Positions 11,290 through 23,234 of a stretch of 64,000 nucleotides of DNA are shown here, piece by piece (the stretch's first letter is position 1; each line of letters begins with the position of its first letter). Source of the stretch: Haliotis rubra (taxonomy: Eukaryota); NCBI RefSeq assembly GCF_003918875.1, contig NW_025767721.1, forward strand, positions 62,001-126,000. Direction: 5' to 3'. The position numbers and the translations under genes were made by a program. The notes beneath the pieces are model-generated. The model was given only the letters and a program-made list of their open reading frames with translations, had not been told where the DNA came from and searched no databases.

Positions 11290-13151
11290 TATTATTTTCA
11301 AACATATATTGTTATACAAAAATATCATTCCTGTGTGTAAACCCCACATCATGTACATACAAAAAGGGATACAACAGACGAGACCAAGTTTACACATACA
11401 CACAAATAAAGAATCATATATATGCATCTATTTCGCTTGGTCGATGAAAGTTTTACTCCGGGTTCACCTGTCACGACCTTCTGTGGATGTATCCTCAGAT
11501 CAAGAAGCAGACAAGATTCGTATCGCAGTAAAAGTTAAAAGACTGATATTCATGACATTGTACACATTAAAGCCATAGGGCCTGGAAGTCTCACGAGGCG
11601 CTACTTCCGGTAGTAAGCTGGTTCCCGGCACCCTTTGCGCGAGACGGGCCCAGCTTACTTCCGGAACCAGATTTCCGGTGACAAACGTATATTCAAGAAC
11701 CAGTTCTGGTTTCAAATTGGGCGACCGCCAAATACGACTTTACTGGACCAGGCCAAGTGAACAACCTTGCTTGGCTGTCACAGCTGTTGAGCGTCGTAAT
11801 AGTTGGCTAATTGGGGGATGGATAGATCGGAAATGTGTTTTTCCTGTTAGGATTATCGGTTCCTTACTGTCAACTGACAACCATGAAACCATTCGAAAAG
11901 GTATGAAACGCAGTCACCGGAAGTACTAAGGTCTTGCGAAGTGCCGTGGTCTACTTACGGGGCCTATTGCTTGTTATCCGTTACGTTCTGCTGCATTCAG
12001 GTGTGTTGTTAAGGTTTGAAATTCACCGAACATGAATGTAATACTTGGTGAGAACTTGGAGAGCTTGTTTCAGATCCACACAGTATTTACGACATTGAAA
12101 TGTGTACATGTTCAAGGATAGTTAACATCGCTATGTTTGATTTGTGGCATCGTGTTGTTCTGTTTAAGGTAAATTCATTCTACCGTTTGTATGAATATAT
12201 TGAGTATGAATTTGTCCATGTGAGCGTGCATGTGTCCTTTTTTTACAAAATATACTTTATTCCACAAAATACTGAAAAACATGTGTTGATAAGATGATCT
12301 GACTCAAACTTATGAGCCATGAAAGATCCTAGTTCCGGTGTCAAATCAGATCTGAAGTTAAATTTATAATTTCGAATGTCCTTTAATTTTCTGTGAGTAA
12401 TATTTCGTAATATTATATTTATGTATTTATGTTTTTAAGATACGACCTTTGAATTTAAATTCATTCCGCTTACCTTGTGTTACAACGTTTTCGACAACTT
12501 CTCCAAAGTTACAATATGGTGTTGAAACATCGTATGAATGATCTTCGCTGTGATGCCTCGAACACTTGCACAAATAATTCAAGTTAAACATAGCCGGCAT
12601 TATTTCGTCTTGTTTCCAGTGAATCATGTTATCTCAGTGTATGCAAGTTTCTTTCACAAAAATATGTTCAGCACAGGAAGTCATCCTGGAAAATATTCCC
12701 AAGTTAAAACATAAATCTTCTGCTTCTTCTTACAGAGAAACGTGTGTGTCCGGAATCATAATGTACACAAATGTCAACCCAGACATGGGTCACCTGATGA
12801 TGTATCTAACTTCAGTTTCTTTTGGGGGTATTTTAGACTGAAATATACAGATGGAATAAAATGTTTCAAAAAGGCGCATTTTACATTTTTTTTCTTTCAG
12901 CATTGTGATGACATTAGAACTTCACTTGCAGTATATAATATATTTTTCATACAAACTGAAACTAATTTGAGATCTTAGAAAATAAAAATGCATTAGATGG
13001 GTAGACTGATCATAATGGCATCATTGTTCCATTTGGACATGTTTACTGTATTCAATTCAAAATGTGACTTTGGCCCCTTGTGTTGTTCTATACTATCCCC
13101 GCCGTTGTTGTAAAAGCGGCGTAAAACCAAACTGTCAGTCAGTCAGTCAGT

Positions 13152-14705
13152 GATACACGTCCATGCTGTTTGACACGTCCATGTTGTATTACACGCCCTT
13201 GCTGTATGGCACCTCCAGGCTTCATGACACGTCCAGGCTGCATGACACCTCCAGGCTGTATGTCATGTCCATGTTGTATTACACGCCCTTGCTGTATGAC
13301 ACGTCCGTGCTGTATGATACGCCGCTCTATGACACGTCCGTGCTGTAAGACAGGTTGCTGTATGACACGTCCATGCTGTATGACACGTCGCCGTATGACA
13401 GGTCCATGCTGTAGGACACGTCCTTGCTGTTTGACACGTCGCTGTGTGACACGTTCTTGCTGTATGACAGGACGCTGTATGACACGTCCTTGTTGCATGA
13501 AACAAATGTCAACCCAGACATGGGTCACCTGATTATGTATCTTACTTCAGTTTCTTTTGGGGGTATTTTAGACTGAAATATACAGATGGAGTAAAATGTT
13601 TCAAAAGGCGCATTTTACTTTTTTTTCTTTCAGCATTGTGATGACATTAGAACTTCACTTGCAGTATATAATATATTTTTCATACAAACTGAAACCAATT
13701 TGAGATCTCAGAAAATAAAAATGCATTAGATGGGTAGACTGATCATAATGGCATCGTTGTTCCATTTGGACATGTTTATTGTATTCAATTAAAAAAGTGA
13801 CTTTGGCCCCTTGTGTTGTTCTGCTACCATGTTGTATGACACGTCCAGGCTGCATGGCACGTCCAGGCTGTATGACATGTCCATGTTGTATTATACGCCC
13901 TTGCAGTTTGACACGTCCGTGCTGTATGATACGCCGCTCTATGACACGTTCGTGCTGTATGACACGTCCTTGCTGCATGACACGTCCTTGCTCTACGACA
14001 CGTTCATGCTGTATGACACGTCCGTGATGTACGACACGTCTATGTTGTATGACACGTCCATGTTTATGACACGTCCGGCTTTATGATACGCCGCTCTATG
14101 ACACATCCTTGCTGTATGGCATGACGCTGTATGACACGTCCAGGCTGTATGACACGTCCAGGTTGCATGACACGTCTATGTTGTTTGACACGTCGATGCT
14201 GTATGACACTCCTTGCTGTATGGCACGTCCTTGCTATATGACACGTCGCTGTATGACACGTCCGTGCTGTATGACAGGTCCCTGTATGACACGTCCTTGC
14301 TGCATTACACGTCCGTGCTGTACAACACGTCTATGCTGTATGACACGTCAGTGCTGTACAACACGTCTATGCTGTATGACCCGTCCATGTTTATGACACG
14401 TCCGTGCTGTATGGCATGACGCTGTATCACACGTCCAGGCTGTATCACACGTCCGTGCTGTATGACACGTCGCTGTATGACACGTCCATGCTGTTTGACA
14501 CGTTCGTGCTGTAGAGGACACGTCCGTGCTGCAGGACAGGTTGCTGTTTGACACGTCCATGCTGTATGACACGTCCTTGCTGTGTGACACGTCGCTGTAT
14601 GACACGTCCATGTTGTATGATGCGTCCTTGCTGTATGACACGTCCTTGTTGCATGACACGCCCATGCTGTATGACATATACTTTCTGTATGACACGTCAT
14701 TGCTG
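13152..14705. repeat. 18-bp minisatellite (TGCTGTATGACACGTCCN, with 15-bp variants) interrupted by a duplicated ~320-bp block
   Basis: Arrays at 13152-13499 and 13825-14705. Block 13502-13822 repeats 12767-13090. Confidence 0.95.
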
Positions 14706-16689
14706 CTTCTCAGGCTGCTCATGGTGTAACGTGAAACTCCGTTACTTCGGAAACTCCTCCTTCAGGGTACATTCGTAAGAGTCTTGATACATACAGAAGA
14801 ACATATCCATGACTCCATGATCCGTCAACAGGTTATTCTGACGATAACCCCTGCATCAATCAAATTGACGAATGTGCACAAATGCTTTTGATTTGTTGAT
14901 ATTCCATGACAAATGGCTTATACTGAAAAATACGATTGACCCAGAATGTTGGAAAATCAAAACAGGGAATTTGGCCAAGTACATCCATAGCCTGACACTA
15001 TTCAATTAGGATCACGTCTTAAATTCACTTCTATTGAGTTTCCAACTGAATTCCCAAAAAGAAAGGGACCAGTGAAAGGCCTCATTCGTTTCATATATAA
15101 TGTATGTACACCCATCCATGAAGACTCCGGGAGTGTTACGGGTTACCAAGATAGGAATGAAGACGTCAACGCTTCAATAGTCAATGTTCGTAAACCAAGA
15201 GATTAACTGTTCAGTAATTATGCTGAGGGTGTAGCAACTTTGATGTCCGAAAGTGTTATTCGTCAGACAGTATTAAATACATGTACAACTAAAATAATCA
15301 TCTTTCTTAAATATATTATGTGTCAATATTGTTTTGTAGACGGGTATGGTATCCGAAAACAACATCGAATTTTATATCATAAGATGGCGTTTGTATACCT
15401 TTGGATGTTGATGTAATGAAGCAAATGTTGTTATGTAAAATGTCAGTTCAATCTGAAAAGCCGACCTGTAGATACTACTCAAAAGAAATCAAACAACACC
15501 CGGATTCTTTCATTTAGATATATATTTCATCCGGCATGGCAAAAGAACCATTGTCACATGACAGTAACCGTCTGTGAGGATGGCAATGAGAAAGAATCTG
15601 TCATGCATGACAAATATGATCACAGTGAATTGAAAGAGGTGGTTGTTCTTTAACATCTTTGAGTAGTATACATCTTAAGGGACTATAGGTGACCATGTCG
15701 TCCTAAGCGTTGGAACTCACGACACAGAATTACCTCCCTTAGATGTGCCAGAATGCTGTGATTATGGATAGGAACCCCAGATTCGCCTTGATTATCATTT
15801 TAGGTGTTTCAGCAGTATAGCTCTGCTGAACGTACGTCTTTGACTTCAATCAGCTGACATGCCCTGATAGTAATTATTACATTGTCATTGAAACGGTTAG
15901 TCGACTCACTCCCGACCCGTGAACATCTTCAGAAACCCATGCTTGTCGTAAGAGGCAACTAACGAGATCGGGTAGTCAGACTTGGTTGATGCATGTCATC
16001 GTGTCCCAGTTGCGTAGATCGATGCTCATAATGTCAATTGCAGAATCATTTATTTACGAACCACAGTCGTATATCTGTAATATTGCTGAAAGCGGATTTA
16101 AACAAACACTTCTTCAGGGCGACACTCTAGATGTATGTGTTAGATGAGATTACGTGCCTAGCTGGCTAAGAATATATTGTGGTAATACCTCTTAACTCGA
16201 ACTCCATTAAACACAAGTATCATTGAAGCCGACGTTACAAAATACAGATTGAACCGTCTTGAAGATTATCACTGATATACTTACATTTTTACGAATTTAA
16301 AGTTTAAAATTAATTAAAAGATCAAGCATTTTTTGTAACCACTACAAAAAAGTATATATGAATGAATTTCGGGTTATTTGAATCGTCCGTGGAAACGTGA
16401 CTAACATCGTCCTAATTTGGCATCAAACTTGTCTGCCTTGGCAGGTGTCTCTAATAAATGAACAAGCGTGTGGATGGAATATTGCTGAGTGTGGTGTTAA
16501 ACAACAATTTAAACAAACAGATAATGCTAAAAAGTCAATAACCTCATCTAACAATAATATCATAAATTGGAAAAAAAAGAGAATAAATAAAAGGTTGCTC
16601 CAAATATGTTTTGTGTCATTAATTGGCTGCGGTCCTCTCTGTGTGCAGGGATTGGACTTAACGTTGTAACACAATGCAAAAGAAACTCA

Positions 16690-17042
16690 TAATAATGATA
16701 ATAGTGATAATAATACTATCATGCGCATTTCTCCATGCACAATGCATGCCCAAAGCGCCCAAACAATCTGATTATTATTATCCCGGATAACCCAAGCTGC
16801 CTGTTCCAGAAGGTTAGTGGTTGCATGCTTTATCCCACCGGGTACCCATGTTCTGCTGGGTGAACAGAGACAATTTTGAACTCGCTCACTTGCCAAAGGT
16901 GAGATTGCATATCTCATGTGCTTCGTTGTAACACTCTCAGGAGTCAAGTTGCCAAACACGGTCACCCATCCATTGACTCTCCGCGCACAACGTTGCTTAA
17001 CTTCACCTGATCGTGACCTGAACTCTATGCACAAGACCACAC
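16690..17042 (-). mobile_element. 5S rRNA-derived SINE with CORE-like body and L2-like tail
   Basis: Minus strand: cgatcaggtgaagttaagcaacgttg...tggatgggtgaccg (5S A/C-box region); cctttggcaag...tctctgttcacccagcagaacatgggtacc (CORE-like); gcgctttgg...gaaatgcgc...(tat)n tail. Duplicate at ~48345-48702. Confidence 0.65.
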
Positions 17043-17057
17043 GCCGAAGTATACGCG

Positions 17058-17316
17058 ACCCGTGAAGATCCGGGATAGAATAGGTCTTCAGCAACCCATG
17101 TGCTTGCCACAAAAGGCGACTATGCTTGTCGTAAGAGGGATCGGGTGGTCAGTTTCGCTGACTTGGTTGACACATGTCATCAGTTCCCAATTGCGCAGAT
17201 CGATGCTCATGCTGTTGATCACTGGATTGTCTGGTCCAGACTCGATTATTTACAGGCTGCCGCCATATAGCTGGGATATTTCGGAGTGCGGCGTAAAACT
17301 AAACTCACTCACTCAC
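17058..17316 (+). mobile_element. Family 2 short retroposon, full length
   Basis: acccgtgaagatccgggatagaataggtcttcagcaacccatg...gcggcgtaaaactaaactcactcact; TSD acgc(c/t)gaagt(a/g)tacgc. Duplicate at 48719-48987. Confidence 0.9.
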
Positions 17317-17371
17317 ACGCTGAAGTGTACGCCTTACACTCTCAGCATGAAAATGAGAGATGAAATGTGAA

Positions 17372-17600
17372 TGTTTGTTTGTTGTTACAAGCCGCACTCC
17401 TCAATATTCCTACGGCGGTCTGTAAATACTCAGTCTGAAACAGACAATCCAGTTATTAACAGCATAAGCATCTATCTTCTCAACTGAGATACGATGACAT
17501 GTGTGCACCAAGTCAGCGAGCCTGACCACCCAATACCGTCAGTCGCCTCTTACGGCAAGCATGGGGTGCTGAAGACCAATTCTAACCAGGATCTTCAAGG
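17372..17600 (-). mobile_element. Family 2 short retroposon (decayed)
   Basis: Reverse-complement match including gtcgcctcttacggcaagcatggg and gaagaccaattctaacc. Confidence 0.8.
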
Positions 17601-18707
17601 ATGAGAGATTAAAATTTCACCTCTCTTTTTGTGATAATCTACCAACCTTATAGAGGTGGACACCAAAATATCTTGAACATATATCGCCAATCTCGGGAAT
17701 GAAACAGATGTCTTAGGTGTGACCGGCGAAAGCTTAAAAACAGGACTACCCCATCCAGTCACAAGGGTCGGTGGGGTAGCGTAGTGGTTAAAGCGTTCGC
17801 TCGCCATGCCCAAGACCCGGGTTCGATTCATTACATGGGTACAATGTGTGAAGCCCATTTCTGGTATCCTCCGACGTGGTATTGCTGAAATATTGCTAAA
17901 AGCGACGTAAAACCAAACTCACTGACTCCAGTCACAGTCAAGGGACACCCACAGCGTTTAGGGTTTTCCATATGTGACAAGCAACGGGCTGGGACAAGAG
18001 CACCATTGTAAATCGCTATCAAAACACGACTGATATTGTTTAACTTTCCATCACGTTTCTACGTAAGACAATCTGGCATGGCTGTTAACGCAGTTTCTAT
18101 ATAGATCAGTTGGATCGGTTCATCATCCGAGCGCCCAACAAACCTCCGCATTGTCTGAATATTTACTGGGTCAAGACACTTCGACTTTGTTCGCCTCCCT
18201 GGGTTAAAAAACCTCGCGTTGCCTGTGCACGTGCTGACAAGCACACTGTGATATTTTATGGCCCATTTGATAACTATTGTTCTAATCCTGGCAACCGCGT
18301 TCATATCGTGTGCAGCAAACACCTTTTTGAAGTCGTCTTTTCTGTCAGGTTGAACATATCACATGGAACATTGTGAAGAGTGAATAAGTGAGTTTATTTT
18401 TCCGCCGCTTTTAGCAATATTCCAGCAATATCGTACGGGGGACACCAGAAATGGGCTTCACACATTGTACCCATGTGGGGAATCGAACCCGGGTGCTCGG
18501 AGTGTAGAGCGAACGCTTGGAACATCATGATCTCAACCCCTTGAAGTGAGCGATTCTCTTGTCCCCCACAGTGATATTGCTGGAATATTGCTAAAAGCGG
18601 CGTAAAAATAAACTCACTCACTCATGAAGTGAGCGAAAATGGCGGTGTTGCTGACTGGTGCTTTGGATGTTATGAGGGAGTGAGTATACTTTTATATCGC
18701 TTTTAAC

Positions 18708-18874
18708 AGGGGCGGTGGGGTAGCCTAATGGTTAAAGCGTTGGCTCGTCACGCCGAAGACCCGGGTTCGAATCCCCACATGGGTACAATGTGTGAAGCCC
18801 ATTTCTGGTGTTCCCCGCCGTGATGTTGCTGGAATATTGCTAAAAGCGGCGTAAAACCAAACTCAGTCAGTCAG
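18708..18874 (+). mobile_element. tRNA-derived SINE family 1, full length, nested in older SINE fragments
   Basis: Near-consensus sequence; TSD ttttaaca. Same insertion in the duplicate at ~50375-50540. Confidence 0.9.
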
Positions 18875-19504
18875 TTTTAACAATATTCCAGCAATACCAC
18901 GGCGGTGGACATTAGGTTGGTTTGGTTTGTGGTTTAAATCCGCACTCGGCAATATTCCAGCTATGTGGCGACGGTCCGTAAATAATCGAGTCTGGACCAG
19001 ACAATCCAGTGATCAATTGCAACAGCATGATCATCGATTTCCGCATTTGGGATACGATGATATATGTCGACCAAGTCAGCGAGCCTAGGAATTGGCCTAC
19101 ACATTGTACTAAAGTGGGAATTGAACGTTGGTCTTCGGCGTGACGGGTGAACGCTTAAACCACTGGGCTACCCACATCTTCCTTGCAATATAAACATTAG
19201 TCTGTCTCATAGTCCCTGAACCACATTATTTTCACTTCTGCGTAACCCTCCCTGCAATGCTAAAACCTTAACTGAAGCAAGTCTAGATTTCCTCAGGTTC
19301 AGGTTCTGAATTTCCCATCTTACTGGGGCTCCTTTTTAGTTTAAATGAGTTTATTCGTTATTCTACCATGATTTCAGTAAATAGTGGATTGTGATTGATT
19401 AATTAAAGTCATTCAGAGGTACATACCCACGTTCAATGCTTCTGATTTTCCAACACAGTAAGTATTTTTTTGAAAGTCTCAATAACGCGTTTATGGTAGA
19501 ATGG

Positions 19505-19637
19505 AAATAAACATACTGTGTTTGAAAATCAGAGGTATATAACGAAATTATAATAGCTCTAAAGTTTTTATTTAAAACCTCACGCTATTATAATTTCGTT
19601 ATATACCTCAGATTTCTAGACACAGTAGGTTTATCTC
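19505..19637. repeat. Inverted repeat (foldback or MITE remnant)
   Basis: gaggtatataacgaaattataatagc ... gctattataatttcgttatatacctc, with flanking imperfect pairing. Confidence 0.75.
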
Positions 19638-20942
19638 CTAACTATCAAAATTATATGTATTCGCTCGTCTATATAAATATGGACCAAGGGATATAATCGA
19701 AAAGTACATATTGTCTAATATAATGCATGAATTAATTATTTACTGTCATGCTGATTAACAATATTGGACTGAAACTACGAAAAACAGTTAATTTTATTTA
19801 TAAATAAGCTCATCCTTTTAATGAATTATCAGCTTTTACAGCTGCAGCTGACAATATTATCTGTACTCTGTAAAAATTACCCGATTCGCATTCCTCAAAT
19901 TCGCCAGATTTCCTTCATCAAATGTATAAAAATACCTCCATATCACCTGACAAGATAAATTCATTCGGCATTGTTGCCTATTAAAAGGGTTAGAATATGT
20001 CGGTTTCAAAATTCGTCTGCTAACAAATTGTACAATCCTTACACTCAAGGCGAAGAGTGTACTATATTACGCTTCCTTAACGATAAGCCTAACCTGGGGG
20101 CAGAGCTACTTCCCTTTGCAAATTTGTTCAACGTCACAGCTATTACCCGGAAACGATATCTTTGTCAACGAGGAGTACACAAACGGTAAGCAAGTTGAAT
20201 ACGAATGCTCGAATACTATGCAGTTGCGGTTTTACTGTTAGTTGAGGTCACCCGTACACTCCGTACGTCACATACGGATCTGTCAGAACTGAATCCAGGC
20301 TGAATACGGGTTGGGGTACATTATCCGACCTGGGGTTGTACATGAACGGGTGACTCAATGGCGGTTGCCAAGCCTCACGACACAAACATGCAACCACTGC
20401 ATGTTGCTCAACGTCGAGCATTCACCTTATGAGTGACCGTGGTTGTTATCTGAGTGTGTTACTGGGTAAGGCTGGGGTATATACTTCCGTAGAATGGTTT
20501 AAAGGGACGAATTCGAGGCACGTTTTCAACAAAATAACTCGATTAAACGCCTCGTATAGTAAAATCAGAATGGAACATGCATCCCGCCTTTTCTATAAAA
20601 TTCCATTCACGCTTTGATGCTCGACTGGCAAATCCACTGTCGCTTCCCGAGTTCCCCAATTCGTGTGGACCGATTCAAGGGTAGATAACTCTTGCGATAT
20701 GGTCTATGCATCGACGCTTCGATCAGTTTCTGACTGAGAAGGGGTGAAATGGAGTGTGTGAGTATGGTTTTACGCCGCTTTAGCACTATTCCAGCAATAT
20801 CACGACGGAGGACACCAGAAATGGGCTGGGTGAAATGGAGGGACGCTTTAACCACTAGGCTAACCCACCGGCCCCAGTTTTCTTGTCAGGATCACCCTTA
20901 CTCAGACGTTTTACGTTATATATTTACATGTTGCAGTGAACT

Positions 20943-21986
20943 ATGGCTACAGGTGGAATAGCAGAGGAAGATCTACAGTGCCCAATATGTACCGAGGTCT
21001 TCGGAGACCCCAAAATGTTACCTTGTACACATCGGATCTGCAAATCATGCCTAAACCAATTTATCGGGTCTAGACCGAAAGCAACTACAGCCCCTTGTCC
21101 TTTATGCAACCAGCCGTTCAAAATCCCCAAGAGTGCACGTGGAAGCAGAGACTATGCATCGCGCTTCCGTACTGATGAGATTCTCCAGGGTATTGTTCAT
21201 GAGAAGCAAAAGATGAAGTTGATGATCACAGATCGCCCAGTCAGCACGTGTTCCTTACACAATGCAATCAAAAGTATGTTTTGCTTAACCTGCAGCCAAC
21301 TTGAATGTGTTGAATGCATTGCTATGAGACATAAACGGTGTCAATCTAAATTCCCCTGGAAAGATGCCATTCCGCGCATACAGAACAAAGCTACAGGTTA
21401 CTTGGCTAAAGTGCAGCCTCTTTTGAAGGGCGTTTACAGTTCATTGTCTCGGATACATGACCAGAAACAGAAAGCGTTGGACAACTATTCAGCAGTTGCG
21501 TTTGCTCTTGATACCCAGAAAAGTATATGGATTAGTTTAGTTGAGGACCATTACGCACCCCTTGAGCAGCTGGTCACCAGAGCACATAAAGATAACATGG
21601 CCCAACTCAACACTGTCCTGTCCGAGTTGCAACAGTCACAGCGGGCTCTGGAAGAGTTCCAGTCTTCTTTGAACAAGATCACTTCCTATGTTTCTGTTGA
21701 CGCACTATTTCAGGAGGAAGGCAATTATGGTAGCAAACCACCCGATCTGGAATCAATGCGGGGGTTGATGGGGAGGAGGCTGACAATAGAATCACTTAAA
21801 TTTACGCCCCTTCCAGTGCCTCGCTTTCCAAAAGGGAAGAGGAAAACAGTACTTGGAGAAGTCAAAAGTGGCTCGGAGGTAGTACGCGTTCATGACGATA
21901 CCATGAGCACTAAAACATTAATACTTCCTATGTCTGGATGTTTGATTACCCTCCTGTTGGCAAGGTGGTGCCGTGTATTAGACTGA
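20943..21986 (+). CDS. TRIM-family E3 ubiquitin ligase (RING, B-box, coiled coil, hydrophobic C-terminal tail), copy 1
   Basis: 347-aa ORF. C3HC4 RING: CPIC...LPCTHRICKSC...CPLC. B-box-like segment: CSLH...FCLTCSQLECVECIAMRH. Helical L/Q/E-rich middle. C-terminus TLILPMSGCLITLLLARW. A splice acceptor (ttgcag, ends 20936) just before the ATG implies an upstream UTR exon. Confidence 0.92.
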   Translation: MATGGIAEEDLQCPICTEVFGDPKMLPCTHRICKSCLNQFIGSRPKATTAPCPLCNQPFKIPKSARGSRDYASRFRTDEILQGIVHEKQKMKLMITDRPVSTCSLHNAIKSMFCLTCSQLECVECIAMRHKRCQSKFPWKDAIPRIQNKATGYLAKVQPLLKGVYSSLSRIHDQKQKALDNYSAVAFALDTQKSIWISLVEDHYAPLEQLVTRAHKDNMAQLNTVLSELQQSQRALEEFQSSLNKITSYVSVDALFQEEGNYGSKPPDLESMRGLMGRRLTIESLKFTPLPVPRFPKGKRKTVLGEVKSGSEVVRVHDDTMSTKTLILPMSGCLITLLLARWCRVLD

Positions 21987-23234
21987 ATGGACTTTTCTCT
22001 AATGGATATGAATCACGGCGGGTGACGATGCCAAAAGAATATGATCGCTGGTTCAAGTCCTATTGTGGTGGTGGGGTAGTGGTTTAAGTGTTTGCTCTTC
22101 ACGCCGGAGACCAGAGTTCGATTCCCCACATGGGTACAATGTGTAAAGCCCATTTCTGGAGTCCCCTGCCATGACATTGCTGGAATATTGCCTAAAGTGG
22201 TGCAAAACTATAATCACTGGACCAGACAATCCAGTGACCAACAGCATGAGCATCGATCTACGCAACTGGGATACGATGACATGTGTCAACCAAGTAAGCG
22301 AGCCTGACCACCCGATCCCGTTAGTCGCCTCTTACGACAAGCATGGGCTACTGGAGATCCATTCTCTTTATGGGTCGTGTCTGCAAGGGACAGATCGAGG
22401 ACAGGATATGTTCCAGTGCCTGAATGTTAATACGTGTTTGAATCATCATTATAAAAAACCATAAACTGTTATCAGAAATAAAACTCTTCAATAACTTTGA
22501 CCTTACTGTTTCTGCTCGTATTTCACCCATAGAGGGTTATACCCATTTAAATCGCCCGTAGTTATTCAGGGATTAAGAAGCTTATCATACAGATTCGGAG
22601 GTTCAGATTGACGAAGGGCATATGAAGGTGGAATATATAAAGGGCACTCAGTTAATGCAATATGCAAAGTTAAGCGAACAGCAACGGCTTGAAAATTAGT
22701 ATTGAGATGTACGCACTATGAATGACATCGTGTCTAATTGAAATAGTAGCGCCTCCGTATGCTTTATAACCCACAGGGGAACATAATATCATGTTGGCGT
22801 GTGTACTGCCTCTGTTCAAATGTATTTGTATTATAAGATACGTCTCTTGGAGAAACATTTCTGATGGTTTATGATCTTGAACTTATAGTCAAATTTCTTA
22901 ATAAGTCCACTGCAATTCCATTGCACTTTACGCCAATTTCAGCAATATTCCAGCAATATCACGGCGGTGGACACCTGAAATTGGCTTCACACATTGTACC
23001 CATGTGGGAAATCGAACCCTGGTCTAGGCGTGACGAACGGACGCTTTAGCCACTAGGCTACCCCACCGTCCCTACGTGTAGGATGTGCACAGCAGTTTGT
23101 TCTGTAATTAGACCGATAAGATAGGAATCTCACGCGATTGTGTCACACAGTACTGATATTATTCCTGTGGGCTCACAATCTTGTCACTGACACTGTCTCG
23201 ACGGTGGCCAACAGCGGCCTCAATGTTAACCAGA

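Noticed and set aside
13152-14705. CRISPR-like array
   Set aside because: Contiguous tandem units without unique spacers, no cas genes, eukaryotic context.
13139-14778. Cys-rich (MTRPCC) and QHGRVI-repeat ORFs as metallothionein or keratin-associated-like genes
   Set aside because: They arise from an 18-bp satellite that is open in several frames on both strands, with frame-breaking units and no signal peptide or splice structure.
16955-17020. 5S rRNA gene
   Set aside because: Only a partial, diverged match fused to a SINE body.
16687-18621. Recurrent short ORFs (e.g. [35 protein letters not shown])
   Set aside because: Translations of SINE families 1 and 2; they recur because the repeats recur.
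23223-23225. Upstream in-frame ATG (MLTR) as the glucanase A start
   Set aside because: Not conserved in paralog B, whereas the ATG at 23235 aligns with B's start; cannot be fully excluded.
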